This document shows, one piece after another, positions 37,096-50,848 of a stretch of 64,000 bases of DNA. The DNA comes from Chiloscyllium plagiosum. Its lineage: Eukaryota. The stretch spans positions 92,823,404 through 92,887,403 of the forward strand of contig NC_057718.1 in assembly GCF_004010195.1 (NCBI RefSeq), read 5' to 3'. The notes beneath the pieces were generated by a model. That model did not search any database. It saw only the letters and a list, made by a program, of their open reading frames with translations, and was not told the origin of the DNA. Both the position numbers and the translations under genes were made by a program. The stretch's first letter is position 1, and every line of letters starts with the position of its first letter.

Positions 37096-38142
37096 ACCAA
37101 ATCGTGTGCTGCATCACTCCACCTAATGTTATCAGCAAGATGTCTGACCAATATTTGCAAGTAGATTTTATTTCATTGACAATGGCTCACACTCACGGCT
37201 TTGGAGAGTGCACTTGCCAATTATTGATAACAGGAAGGGGGACAGGACCAGGAAGTCTCGTCAATGCTGGCACAGAGTTCAACTGTCAAACTTCAATTGA
37301 AAGACAACAGGCTGGATGTGGGATGGGTGTGTGCATGCGTGCGTGCTCTGGGAGAGGCCTGTGGGCAGACCAGTAAAGGGCAATACCATTCTTTGGGAAG
37401 CCTGAAGGAAGATACATACTCTCATAGCACTGCAAAAGAACAATTTCAAAAAAATCAAACAATGTTTACTTCAGTCTGGTCACCAGGAGGTGAATGAATA
37501 ATACTTGTTTGAACAAAAATGTTCAGCTCATTCCTTATGTCCAGTGCAAGTTCAAAATTGCATTGGAGTCCGATTTTACATGAGAACAATAGCTATATGT
37601 CATATTTGTAATGGTCTACAAAGGTTAAACATGACTCCTATTCTTGTTTTTGGCAGACTCTGAGTTAGATGAATCTTACCAAAAGGATCATTCTAGACAT
37701 CTATAAGAATAGGATAGAAACTGAAGAATCACTATTTTGCGGGCTACTATTGGACTGTTCTCATTTGGGAAGTTTGGACCAACATCAGCCCCATTCACCA
37801 TCTGTTTCGAAAACTCCCACATTGAAAACCCCAATCACAGTGACACCTACAGGGATAGTGGGTACTGCAAAAGTTTATGCAAAATTGGCAAGAATGTACT
37901 GGGAGCAAGGTAGGTTGACTTCTCTGAACATTGGAAGCTAGCCCCTCAATCTTACAGCTCTGTACATAAGAAAACAGGCACAAGGGAGCCTGGGAAGAAA
38001 CCATAAGCCAAAAGACAACAGCTCCTCAGTAACAGTTTCTTCCCAATAAGAGAAAAGTGATGTCTGCTGCAGCTAAAAATCTGTTTCTTGGAACATTGTC
38101 ACTAGTTTCAGAAAGAATGTAGAGAGATAAATTGTTTGGAAA

Positions 38143-38762
38143 TGTGATGATGTTGCTCGTTTAACAAGGTTATGTTGTCCTCGGTTTTTTTCAGAGGGGT
38201 TATAAAGGCAGAGGTTCCGATATGTCTGGGTTTATCGATTTGAAGAGGCTTTTAAGTTAAAAAATAACGCTCGTACAATGAAAGGGGAGTGTTCCAGTTC
38301 TCCCAGCTCAAGTTTTCTCTGGATTGTTTTGGTGTTAGCAGGCTGTTTTGTTTGCAGCTGCATGTCAAGTTTTATCTGGGAACCCAGAGAAGCTGCTGAA
38401 CTCAAAGAAACAGCTCCATGCTGATTCTCTCTCTCTCACTCTCTGACATCTCTCCTGTAAGAACCTATGTTTGCTTTGATCTTTTTTTTGCCAAGGGTTT
38501 TTTTTAATGGGGATTGGCAAGTATTTGGAACAGCATCATTAAGTTGTGATAGAGTCAATTGGGTTTTCAAATAGTTACGTTATTCTAAATTTGGTTTTCT
38601 TTTGTTGTGTGTAAATAAATTCTGTTTTGTTAAAACTGAGTGGTTGGGCCAGCTGCATCACCCCTGGAATATCCCCCAACACCTGCTTAAAACAACTAGA
38701 AAAGTTAGGGTGTGGGCTGCCTTCTTGAAATATTTTGAGGGGATCTGGCCTGGTCCATAACA
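38143..38762 (+). mobile_element. Probable solo LTR (about 620 bp)
   Basis: Starts TGTGATG and ends CATAACA (imperfect terminal inverted repeat, TG...CA); internal AATAAA at about 38613; no clear TSD. Confidence 0.6.
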
Positions 38763-38799
38763 GGTGCAAGAAATGAAGAGAATAACCTATTTATGAATG

Positions 38800-38910
38800 A
38801 ACAAAAACTGAAATTGCTGGAAAAGCTTGGCAGATAACAGATAACATTTCAGGTGTAGTGACCCTTCCTTAGAAATTCATTTCCAGCATCTGCAGTTCTT
38901 TCAGTTTCTA
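38800..38910. mobile_element. Decayed family C PLE terminus with hammerhead remnant
   Basis: Minus strand ctaaggaagggtcactacacctgaaatgtt; tail ttccagcatctgcagttcttt. Confidence 0.6.
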
Positions 38911-39204
38911 TGTATGTCAGATGCCCTTTGAAAGCTATTCTGTAGGAAGTCCTGGGAATAAACTATCCACCATACCATTAAATCATTCTTAGTATGTGGG
39001 TATTAGTATTAACCCTGGCACTTATTGCCCATTGTCTTTTCCTTTGTGAAATTGAATGGCTTGCCAATTTGGAAACTGATTAAGAATCAAACATGTTGAT
39101 TTGGTGCTGGAGTCACATAGGCCACAACAGGTAAGTATGGCAAGTTCCTTTTTCTCAAAGACATTAATGAATCACTTGGGTTTTTCTGACAACAACAAAC
39201 TAAA

Positions 39205-39260
39205 ACACAACTGAACACAAGTGAAATACTGTGCACACAACTGAACACAAGTGAAATACT
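39205..39260 (+). repeat. Tandem duplication, 26-bp unit twice (period 30)
   Basis: acacaactgaacacaagtgaaatact at 39205-39230 and 39235-39260. Confidence 0.9.
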
Positions 39261-40139
39261 CTGAAATAAAAGCCAAATGTGCTGTAGGAACTCAGCATAC
39301 CTGGTAGCATCATTGGTCAGAGACACAGAACTAATGATTCAAGTCCAACATGATTCTTTATTGGGCTTTTATGACTATCATGTTTCTCAACTTTATTGAC
39401 AATTTCTTATTGCCGATTTTGTTTTAGTCTGATTTCAAACTCTCAAGCCTGACGTTTTGCACTTGCCAGCATAGACAAAATGGTACCTGAGGACTGAAAC
39501 TGGAAGTTCTGTACCTGAACCCAGATCTTGCTCCCACCTTTTTCACTGGAGTGGAGGGATTAATGTAACGTACACATCTGAGGAAATTGCACAATTTGAA
39601 GTACAGCTGCCTTCAGCCACATCCAATGTTCGTGAAGGGATTGTTCAAAACATGACTTAAGTACTTTTGAGTCATGAGGTCTAAACCTGCTGGATTTTTT
39701 TGGGGAACTATGGCCCCCTTTTGGAGAGGTTTGGTACATGTTTGGATATGGTCATGGGTAACCTTTGTGAGAGGTGAAGTGTTGGGTAAAAGTAGGCATG
39801 ACTGTCTGTAAAAAACAGATAAGCTCATTGTTTTGCTAAGGGAGTTATCAAGGGCTTGTGCAGGGAGTTTTCAAGAGTACAGCTAAACTGTCAAAGTACT
39901 TATGTTTTCTGGTTTTTAAGTATTTGATAAAGACTGTCTACAGTTTTAAACAAATCTGTGATTGCTATTTCACTCTACCTGTTGACATAAGCTTAAGTGT
40001 CAATGTTATAGCATTCTTGCTGCATGGCTGATTTCACAAGCCCCCATCATCCATGTTAGTCCAGTTTGATTGACAGTTATAAGTGCTTATACATTCTTTG
40101 AAATGGAACTGTGAATACAAATAGTTGCGTTCAAAAGGA

Positions 40140-40880
40140 ATTCATGTCCTTATTCAAATGTCTTTGAAACGTTGTAACTGTACCTGCGTCCATCACTTCC
40201 TCTGAAAGTTTATTCTACACATGAACCACTCTCTGTACAATACAAGTTGCCCCTCATGTCTTTTTAAAATCTTTCTCTTTTCATCTCAAAAATACTGCCC
40301 CTAGTCTTGAAAAGCCCCATCCTCTGGAAAAGACACTTGCTTTTCACCTTTTCTATACCCCTCATGATTTTATAGAGCTCTATAAGGTTACGCCTCAATG
40401 TCCTGCACTCCAGTGAAAAAAATCCCTGTCTATCCAGCCTCTCCTTATAACTCAAACCCTCCATTCCTGCAACATCCTTGTAAGTCTTTTATGAACACTG
40501 TCCAGCTTAATAATATCCTTCCTGCAACAGGAAACCAAAGGATATTGCACTCTAGAAGAGGCCTCACTAATGTCCTGTACAACCTCAACATGTTGTCCCA
40601 ACTCCATGTCGTCCAGTCAAAAGACTGAGCAATGAGGGTTAGCATACTAAACATCTTCTTAACCACCCCGTCTACATGTGAGACAAACTTTGAAGAATTA
40701 TGAACCTGAAACCCTGGGTCTTTCTGTTCTACAACACTATCCAAGGCCCTACTTTTAATTGTAAAAGTCCTGCCCTACTTCACATTTATCCAAACTAAAA
40801 TCTATCTGCCACTCCTCAGCCCATTAACCCAATTGATCAAGATCTCTTTGTAATACCTTCTTCACTGTCCACTTTAAAAC
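40140..40880 (-). mobile_element. CR1 LINE 3' fragment
   Basis: ORFs MLRLYRTLVRPLLEC and MEGLSYKERLDR..LRRNLIELYKIMRG. Confidence 0.9.
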
Positions 40881-41989
40881 CAAGTTACCACCTTCTCTAG
40901 ATAATTTTGTTTACTTGGACTGGTTTACACTGATAAAACCTCTGGCTTAAAACCACACACAGTTTATAGCAATTCATGCAGGAAAATAAAGGTTCAAGCT
41001 GGACCTGTTTTAATGCTGAGTAGAAGCAGCTGTTGCAGTTTTGATTGCTTCTCCTTTGAACATCCACATCCACAAGTTGTTTGACTCTTTGACAGTCAAT
41101 CACATAGTTGTTGGCAGCCAGGAGGCCTTTTTCATTGATAACTGGTCACTAGTCTATAGACAAATTGCTACTTGTTGCCTGCCGAATCTCCATTTGTACA
41201 TAGTGCTTGGCTCCAGTTCATCTGTAACCAGACTTCCACCACTGCTTGAACATACAGCTGTGTAAATATCACTTACAATGTCAAGTTACTTGTGTTTAAA
41301 AACTGCAGAAATCCTTGGTTTTTAAACTAATTCTTTTCCTATTTCAATCAACAAACAAATATATAGAAAAATAAAAGATACAGTTGTTGCAATACATCTG
41401 GTGATGCTGGAATGAATCTGATGCCAATATCCATGGACATGGATGCTTTTTGCTCTCCATGAAGTATTGGTGGCTGAATTCCAAGATGGAGGTCCAGAGG
41501 TGCAGGCAGTGAGCTGGAGTCAGGTCACTGCTCTAACTTTCTGGTTGGGAAATGTCACTGCCTCGCTTTTATCCAATGAGTGGGAGAATAGGAAACTGCA
41601 TAATAATGAGGTGACATTTATTAAAATTGAGATGTTATTGCATGCTAATGGACCTCTCACCACTCAGTATTGAGATCTTTATCTCGCCATTCAACACTTG
41701 ATTGGAGAATGGGAAATTTTTCTCCTGCTATTCAAAAACTCTTCTCTGGTTCTCTCAGCTTTCCTAATCTCTTAGCCATGGCTCATGTTGGTCAGGGGTT
41801 GATACGGTTCTGTCCCTTCTTTTCATCATTAAAACTTTCAGGGAAGGTTATTTTCATGGTTACTTAGTAGTTTTCAGCTTCTGTCAAGGTCATTTGCAAC
41901 AATGAGGTTATAAAGAGTCTGGTTCAGCCTCAGTCATTTTCCTGGGATGGAGTTGGTGAGAAAGGAATGGAGTTTGTGATGTTCATGCC

Positions 41990-42220
41990 TTCAGCAGTCA
42001 ATGCCCTAAGCCCTGGAATTCCTTCCTTAAAACCTCTGCTTCTTTATCTCACATTCCTGCTTTAAGTCACTCCTTAAAACCTATCTGTTTAACTGAGCTT
42101 TGTGTGATCTTACCTAATGTTACCTTTTACGTCTCAGTGCAAAAACTTTGTTTGATTACACTTGGAAAGCAACTTGGGAGATTATTATATTGAAATACCA
42201 TATAAGTGTAAGTTGCTGGT
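41990..42220 (+). mobile_element. L2-like 3' end
   Basis: ccctaagccctggaattccttccttaaaacctc...tttaagtcactccttaaaacctatct; similar to 16560-16770. Confidence 0.6.
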
Positions 42221-43599
42221 TTTCTTTCTGATTGAATATTTTTAGCTACTATCCTTCTTATTAATTTACAGAATTTCCTCAGGTCTAGTTTTCTGCTCCC
42301 CTTCCACTCTCTACAAATTAAATCAGTTGTTTCTTTTGATTTTAGTGCAAACCTATTTAAGCTCTGATCTCTGCATTACATACTAATTCCTGACCTTGAG
42401 AAGCAGCTACAAATTCTACACTTTATCTGTCAAGCGCTGATGAACAGCACAGCATGTCTCATTACTGACCTTTTCATTGAGTTTCTTTCGTTGAAGAGTT
42501 AGATCTTCACCTGCGTTCATTACCTTCTGAGGCAGACAGATACTCAACTGGACCAATACGAGAAAAATGAATCAACAACTGGTAAACAGAAAAAGAAAGA
42601 AAAATTACCTTGAGACTTTCATTACCCTAGGTTACCCTGCACAGCCAATAAAGTTCATTTAAAGTGAAGTCACTTGTTCTAGGTAATAGATATATAGCAA
42701 GGCTTGTTTATGGAGTCCTTGAGTTGGAGATTTGCTGTAATTTTCTTTCCCTCACTTTCACTCCCACCTTGTTCCCCCAAATTTGTATTCCAAGTTGGCT
42801 GCCATAGCTCTTCTAAGCCTAAGTGCAGTTTAAACATCATTACAAAGCTATTGTGTCTTTCTGTCTGTCCCTCAAACCCTTCAATACGGTCACACAGGTC
42901 AATCTGGCTTTGGTTCCAGCACAAAAGAAGAACATGGACAAAAAAAACATTATTACAAAAATAGGAAAACAACACAAAGTTGTAATGGATGAGGAAGGAA
43001 CAAACTACATTAAACATAACAGATGGGGAGCTTTAACTATGAGGCAAAGAACAAAGGATATAAGTGAGCAAATATATCATGGATTATCTGTTTAAAGATG
43101 TCATTAAAGCTAATCTTACTTTGGTAAAAGGCATTAAATGTTCATCTGCACAATAACAACTCACTTAGTGACACAAGCAGCTTTTGGTATTAGCTTTAAT
43201 CTTTTGCTAGGGCTGTAATTGGCTTAATATTCCTCGCATGTCAAGATTGCAACTTGTATTATCCTTTACGGGGAGATTGCATGCAGTCAGTGAGAAGTGG
43301 CCATATCCTTGGGAAAACAAAAGAAATTCACCACTTTAGTGAATCAAAATACTTCCAGATATACCAAAACAACAGGACAGCTGCACAGGCGATGTCAAGA
43401 TTTTTTTTGCAGACAGGATGATTAATTATTGGATGCGTTGCCAGGAGGAGTGATCAATATCAGGATACTGTACTCATTTACAGAGCTGCTGGCTTATCTA
43501 ATAGCAAGATTGTAGGATTGGTAGGCAGGGAAGGTGTGATCCAGTGGGCTGGAGGACCGCTTCCATCCAAACCTATGGTCTGAATTTGCCGCCTTAGGC

Positions 43600-44410
43600 A
43601 CAACAACAATGTAATTTTATACAGCGTTTTGACAGAATAAAATAGTCGAAAATGCTTTTCTGAAGTATTCCAAAACAAAATATACACCGAGCCACATGCA
43701 AAGGTATTTTAAGGCAGATCGGTGAGTTTTAAAGAGTATCTTAAAAGAGGTAAGAGAGAAAGAGAGGCTTGGAAGAAAATCCCAAAGCACAACACCTCAG
43801 CATTTGAAACCATACTCGACGATGGAGGGATTTACATTAGGAAAGCATGAGAGGCCAGAAATAGGGGGGCAGCACGGTGGCTCACTGGTTAGCACTGCTG
43901 CTTCACAGCACCAGGATTTCAGGTGCGATTCCAGCCTTCGGTGACTGTCTGTGTGGAGTTTGCACATTCTCCCCGTGTCTGTTGGGCAGGTGAACTGGCC
44001 ATGCTAAATTGCCCATAGTGTTAGGTGCATTAGTCAGAGGGGAAACGGGTCTGGGTGGGTTTCTCTTCGGAGGGTCAGTGTGGACTGGTTGGACCAAAGG
44101 GCCTGTTTCCACACTGTAGGGAAACTACTCTAATCTAGAGAAACACAAACATCTTAGTGGATTGTACTGCTGGCTAAAGTTACAGAGATTGGGCCATGGG
44201 GGTCTTAAGGTGGGTACATAACAATTCCAAGAATTGAGATATTGACAAAACTGGACTGATGTAGATCAGAGAGCACAGAAGCAGTGGGTGGACAAGACTT
44301 GGCTTTAGTTAGGGTGTGGAGAGCAGATTTTTGAATGAATTTAAGTTGATGGACAGTGCAAGTTGGGAGGCTGGTCAAACATGGACTGGAATAGTCAAGC
44401 TCACAGGTTG
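43600..44410 (-). mobile_element. L2-like 3' end interrupted by an HE1 SINE
   Basis: caacaacaatgtaattttatacagcg tail; ggaatagtcaagc near 44390. Confidence 0.55.
43865..44136 (+). mobile_element. HE1-type SINE, internally deleted
   Basis: gggcagcacggtggctcactggttagc...gggcctgtttccacactgtaggg. Confidence 0.9.
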
Positions 44411-44987
44411 GTCAGGGCCATACTTAACTGCTTTTTAAAAAATTATATTTATTCATAGCCCACTAACAATTGAAAACAGCTGATAGAAGAGCTTAATACG
44501 TGAAGCTGAACATTGTCCTTTCAGCAGAAGGAGACTGAATGATTTTCTGCTCTGTGTACATGACACAGAAGCTGACATATGTGCATCGTAAATGAACAGA
44601 TAGGACAAGCACCACAGAAGGAGATGTTTGTATTAGCACAGGTTCAGTTAAACATATGTCCGACAGGTCCGCCTGTAGAACTACATTTGACAGTGTTTAC
44701 CTTTCACTTGTTAAGAAAGATTTTAAATCTGGGAAGAGGTGAACACTAACATTTGAGTTGTCTTGCCCCCGGCTTCGTCCTTGCACATGCTTATAAACTG
44801 TGATTAAACTAGAATGACTTTCAGAAAAAAATGCTATACTCAAGTTGGTTGTGTACTTAACAAGCAGACGCAAAACATCAATTTATGGAAAGGCAGCCTG
44901 GTGTCCCCAAGACAGAATTAGGATGGCATTTTAAAAAAGCAAAACATTTCGTGAAAATGCCATACAGTATTGTGTTAAAGTTACAAG

Positions 44988-45219
44988 TCATGATTTAGAG
45001 ACGCCAGTGTTGGACTGTGGTGTACAAAGTTAAAAATCACACAACACCAGGTTATGGTCCAACAGGTTTATTTGGAAGCACTAGCTTTCGGAGCGCTGCT
45101 CCTTCATCAGGTGGTTGTGGGAGTAGTGCTGAAGAAGGGCTTATGCCCGAAATGTCGATTCTCCTGTTCCCTGGATGCTGCCTGACCTGCTGCGCTTTTC
45201 CAGCAACACATTTTCAGCT
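44988..45219. mobile_element. Chimeric fold-back: family B terminus (-) joined to family A terminus (+)
   Basis: 44988-45120 is family B; 45125-45219 is family A (gCTGAAGAagggcttatgcccGAAAtgtcgattc...). Confidence 0.85.
45079..45113 (-). ncRNA. Minimal type I hammerhead ribozyme motif, intact (family B)
   Basis: CAC-CUGAUGA-A-GGAGC-AGC-GCUCC-GAAA-GCU-A-GUG: stem I CAC/GUG, 5-bp stem II, palindromic AGCU stem III. Confidence 0.85.
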
Positions 45220-46309
45220 TAGTCTCAGCTCTGGCTCATATGGCTGATAGCACATGGCTTTTGGACTTTGTTTACTTCTGTGTCCTCTTCTGAACAGAGG
45301 TTGGACAAAATGAACATTCTCCCCTTCAGTGCTACTATATCAGATGTCTGTCTAACTTCCCCCATAAAGAATAATCACTTTGCTGAGGTGTGGGAGAGCA
45401 TATCATGGTGACATCTGGTGCCTTTGAGAAGCGCAGTGATGTGTAAAAGATGAAAGACAAACAATGGCCTAGATTTTAACATGGCTGGGGTGAGTTTTGG
45501 GTGGCAAAGTCAGGGATCTGAAGGCTCTTTCTTCAACATTTGGTTGAGTAAAACATTCCGGATTCTAGTTGGACCTTCAAGCTGTGCTTGGTATCTGCAT
45601 GGTGGGTTGGACTGCGAATCTGGCCACCATAGGGAACCCAAGGGAATAGACCCTGAATGTTATTAGTGGGAAGGAGAGGCTGAGACTTTATGCATTCAGC
45701 AATTGTGGAGGTTCCATTGGCTCAAAAGATTGGGGACTCTAGCAGCATGGGGTAGGCCTATGATCCCTTGCTCCTCCTGACCCACAAGGAGTTCAAAAGC
45801 AGGCCAAGTTTAAAACCCTACCTTGGCTTATTCCAACCAATTGACTCCTCTGATTTTGTATCTGCTGCTGGGAAACATTCAATGCAGAATCACTGCTGTG
45901 TGGATCTTAGCTTCTATTTCCCTTCCAAAAATAAACCTTGTCCATAAAAATACATTATAAAATAATTCAACTTGAAAATTACACAGTTTACTATAAATGG
46001 GATTAACATTTCAAATATACATTCCACATCAGGTACAACAAGGTCAAAAGGTTTCAAGGAAACTGTTAAAAGCCCAAACAGGAATAAAATTTTCTCCATG
46101 CACCGTGTTTCACACTGAGGTGCCTGTGTACAATTTCAATATTCTTGAAATTCTCAATGTCCAATCTCTGTCAGTCATACACCCCAAGGGATCTGAGACT
46201 TTCCAGCCCTTCATGCACTATGGCACCAACCTCTCCCATTGCACATCTTCAGTGGGTGTCCCCAGGCTTTACCACATGAAGTAGTCCTGTTACTGCAACA
46301 GTGGTGACA

Positions 46310-46720
46310 TTTTTTTAAATTTCAAAATGTACGTTATTCATAAAAATTATATATGCATACATAGTCACAAATGTAATTTGACTCTGTGTAGTAATATTTC
46401 AAGGAAACAAACACACTTTGGAGTTTGAATCCATCCAAACAAAGCAAAGACATCTCTTAATGAACCAGACTATGTTGACATGCATTTGAGGCACTAGGAG
46501 GGTCCGCTAACTAAATGGACCTCCATTTTACTTCAGCAGGAAGACATCAGACAATGGTCTTTCTCCACTGTGCCTTGGCAGGAGGTGCCCCAAGCTTTGA
46601 TGTTCCCCTCAGCACGTAGTCCTAGACCTTGTAATGTCCCAGTCTACAGCACTCTGCCGAGGTAACTCCTTACTCTGGGAGACCAGCAAGGTTCAGGCTG
46701 ATCAAAGGGTGTCTTTCAGC
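46310..46720 (-). mobile_element. L1/Tx1-clade LINE 3' fragment, older copy
   Basis: T-rich tail, then sequence collinear with 46731-47140 (acaatggtctttctccactgtgccttggca). Confidence 0.7.
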
Positions 46721-46730
46721 ACTAGTGACA

Positions 46731-47410
46731 TTTTTCTTTTTATTTAAAAGGGATACTTTATTTATAAAAATCTTTTGTGTATGTACACATTGTCACAAAT
46801 GCAGATCGAGTTTGTACAGTTGCATATCAAATAAACAAAACAAAAACATTGGACTTTGGCTCTATCCAACTCTCTTATACATACATTACCAATATTTACA
46901 TATATTTGAGACACTGGGAGGGTCTGATAACTGAACGGATCCCCATTTACCTTCAGCAGAAATACCTTAGACAGTGGTCTTTCCCCACTGCACCTTGGCG
47001 CAGCTGCCCCAGGATTTAGTGCATCCCTCAACATGTAATCCTGGACCTGGGAATGTGCCAGTCTGCAACACTTGGTCAGGATCAACTCCTTGTTTTGGAA
47101 AACCAACAAGTTTCGGGCTGACCAGAAAGCATCTTTCACTGAGTTGATGGCCGTCTAGGTGAAGTTGATGTTTGTATCGGTGTGCGTCCCTGGGGAACAG
47201 ACCGTAGAGCAAAGAGTCCTGCACCAAGGAGTTTCTCGGGATGAACCTCGATCAAGGGCACTGCATATCTCTCCAGGCTTCCTTTGCAAAGGCACATTCC
47301 AGAAGGAAATGTGTGACAGCCTCAACCCCCTCCCCCCTTCAACCCTGCAGCTGCTTCGAGGAAAGTATGAGGTCTGCTCCTACTTTCACCAGGAGCCATG
47401 TCCAGACCCT
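46731..47410 (-). mobile_element. L1/Tx1-clade LINE 3' fragment
   Basis: KDAFWSARNLLVFQNKEL..CCRLAHSQVQDYMLRDAL, QDSLLYGLFP, and a Cys/His-rich segment (...ETVTHFLLECAFA). Confidence 0.8.
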
Positions 47411-49156
47411 CAATCATTGCCAGTAATATTACAGTGACTTGAAATGAATGGATGTGTTGGAGACAGGATTTTGAATTTTAGGATTTGAACCACTTGTCAA
47501 ACCCTTTCCTGCTCTTTAGGGACTTGACTGAGACATTTGCCTTGCTTAAATATGAGAAGAAATTTGAAGTGGCACTTAAATTATTATTTTTCTTGCTAAT
47601 TGAGTCCATTAACCTTCAGCTCAAGATCATTGTAAAGCAGTCTTATCCAGAAAATCTGAACTTCAATCAGTACATGGAGCTGGTACCTTGACAATCAGCT
47701 AAAGATCAACTTGATTTAAAAGGAAATATCTTAGGCTTAGCTGCAATGAATACAGTCAATGTCAATTGGCAACAAGTTATTGCAGTGGTTGGGGCCTCTG
47801 GCTCCTGGATGTAAAATTCAAAAGTTGCTAGCTATTTAAAAAAAAACACAGGATGCAAAAACTACGACACCTTCACATGTCTCGTCTGAATAAAGCCCCC
47901 ATTCTGAGATTGTCAAATTAACAAGGTGCATTGCTGTTAAAATTACAAATGCAGAGGTAGAGACAAAAGCTGTGATCTAATTTTAACACATTAAAGGCAT
48001 AATGGTTACTAGTCACAGTATGCAACAGAAGGCATTCAGGCAAAGGCTATTGTCTGTAGTGTAGGACCATGGGTTATTGTTTTATTGTTTAATATGTTCA
48101 CACATTATGGCTACCTAGCTCTTGTGGTTGCCTGGATACAACCTAATCAATGCGACAATATGTGCAGCAGGAAAACAGAGGTAAAATTGTTGACTCTTTG
48201 ATAAGTACCTCTTCAATGGAAACATTTCTCATCCTATTTTAGTCATAAAACTATTTTCCTTTTTTAAGCAAATCTCTGGTTCATATGCGGTATCTGTCAC
48301 ACTGTGTCTAAGCTTCCAGGAGATTTTACATGCAGGACTAATTAATTCATTATGAATAGTATTCTTTTTGCAACATTACTAAGCAATATTATTCTTACCA
48401 CCCTGTGTGCATGTGAGCTGCAACACTCGGATGTCTCTTTATTAAAATAAACAAAGAGATAATTAACCACAGTCTAATCTAAACATTACCAATAGGCCTG
48501 TTCAGGAAGTCATTGTTCAGTGAGTTATGTGTGTTTGTGCGTGTATGTGTGTGAGAGCAGCGTTGATAAATAGTGGGTGCTAGATGACTCATTAGACAAT
48601 CCTTTAATCTTCCAATGTACTAAGTGTGTGCCCATTGTCACCATCTTTTGTGTTCTCCTTAAAGGCTAAAATCCTACTGAAACCTCACTAGAAATGTTCT
48701 TTTTGTCAGCCCTGTCTGAATGATGAATCTTTGTGTTGAATTTTTGTACATTGATCAGAAATTAATGCAAGTCATATACAGATGACTCCACTTGTGGCTC
48801 TTTAGGGGAAAGAGCAGAAGACTGGGGATTAACTGGATAGTTCTTTCAAAGAGCCAGCATGGTAATAATGGGTCAAACTGCCTTCTCTGTGCTCTCTGAT
48901 TCTGTGAGTCTATTTCAGGGTTACAATGCATAGATATGAATGTGTGTGAAGTGAGGTGAATATGATTGGCAAGTTGCAGATGCATTTAGTCATATGGAAA
49001 TAAGATATTGTGGCAACAGCAGAAACCTGGTTCAAAGAAGGCAAGACTGGGTATTAAATATTTCATAGATCTACAGTGATTAGGAACGAAGGGAAGAGGG
49101 ACAACAGTATTGATAAAGGAGAACGTTTACAGGAGGGAAAGGATGTCCAAGATGGA

Positions 49157-49496
49157 TCATAGAATCCTTACAGGGTGGAAACAGGCCCTACAGCCCAACA
49201 AGTCCACACCAATCCTCCGAAGTGTAACCCACCCAGACCCATTGCCCTACTGTCCTAGATTTACCTGTAAGCAATGTACTTATCCTGCACATCCCTAAAC
49301 ACTATGGGCAACTTAACATGGCCAATTCACCTAACCTGCACATCTTTGGATTGTGGGAGGAAACCAGAGGACCCATCTAAAGCCCACACAGACACGGGGA
49401 GAATGCGCAAACTTTACACAGACAGTCTCACAAGGCTGGTATTGAACTCGGGTCCCTGGCTCTGTGAGGCAGTAATGCTAACCACTGTGCCACCCC
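49157..49496 (-). mobile_element. HE1-type SINE nested in the CR1
   Basis: Reverse HE1 head, core and tail. Confidence 0.88.
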
Positions 49497-50848
49497 AAGG
49501 ACTGAATTTATTTGACCAGAGCTCAGGAACAAAAATGATGCAATGACATTGCTGAATGTACTCTGCAGGCCACCAGTTGGCAGGAAGGATGTAAAGGAAC
49601 AATATTGCAAGGAAATTAAAGAAATACAAGGCACATACAGTCGTTAATAAGAGGTCTTGACTTACTGGGTATCCAAATATTGACTGGGATAGTAGGATTC
49701 TTGGGAAAGTGGTTGCTGAAATGGATCAAGACAAAAAGACAAAGAGAAATCCAAACAAGAAAAATTAATGAGGGATGGTGTAGGATTGGGCAAGAATGGA
49801 TCTAGCCCAGATAAAGTGGAAAGAAGGATCTGCAAGCAAAACTGTAATTAAACAATGAGTTAACTTTAAAGAACAAACAGTTCAAGTATGGTCAAGGTAT
49901 ATTCCCATGAAAGCATAGGATAGTGCAATTGAACAGGAAATTAGAGACACATGCAAGATAGAAACATCTAAAATTATGGATGGCTTTAATCTGCATATAG
50001 ATTTGACAAAACAAATGAATAACAATCTCATTGAGGAGGAATTCCTCGAGTGTATACAGAATGGTTTTCTGGGCCATTAGATTGATGAGCCAACTAGGTC
50101 ATTACCATCTTAGCCTGGGCATTGTAGGATGAGAAAAGAATAATTGATAATCTAGTTGTGTGGGTCCCATTGGGGATGAGTGATCATAATATGATAGAAT
50201 TCCTCATCAAAATGGAAAGAGACGTACTTGATTCTGCACTTAGGGTCCTGAATCTAAGTAGAAGAAATGATGATGGCATGAGGCGTGAGTTGGCTATGAT
50301 AAATTGGGGATGTTACTTAAAGGGGTGATGGTGGAAAGGCAATGGCAGCCATCCAAACAGTGTGTGGGTGAACTGCAACAAATGAAAACTAGGAAAAGTG
50401 ACCAAACCGTGACTTAGCAGGAAACATTAGACCCAGGAAGATGCTTACAAATTGCTCAGAAATAAAGGAATGGAGCTGAGGAGTGGGAGCAGTTTCGTAC
50501 TCTACAAAGGAGAACAAAGGGATTGATGAAGAACTAGAAAACAGAGGCTGAGAATAAGCTTGCAAGGAACATAAAAACTGACTGTAAAGAGATGTGAAGA
50601 GAAAAAGATTTGTGAAGACAAACATAGGTTCCTTATAGGAGAACTTGTAAAGGGGAGCAAAGAAATAGTCAATCAACAAAAAGCAAAGATTAGTTCTGTA
50701 TTCACAAAGGATGACACAAATAACATACCAGAAATGTTGATAAAGACAGCATTTAATGAAATGGATGTTTTCAAGATAATTGGTGGGGATACAGTGTTAG
50801 GGAAATTGATGGTATTAAAGGCCAATAAAACCCTAGGCCCTGATAATC

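Noticed and set aside
39600-41280. Possible ancient DNA-transposon coding remnant flanking the CR1 at 40140-40880
   Set aside because: I could not identify any diagnostic motif by eye.
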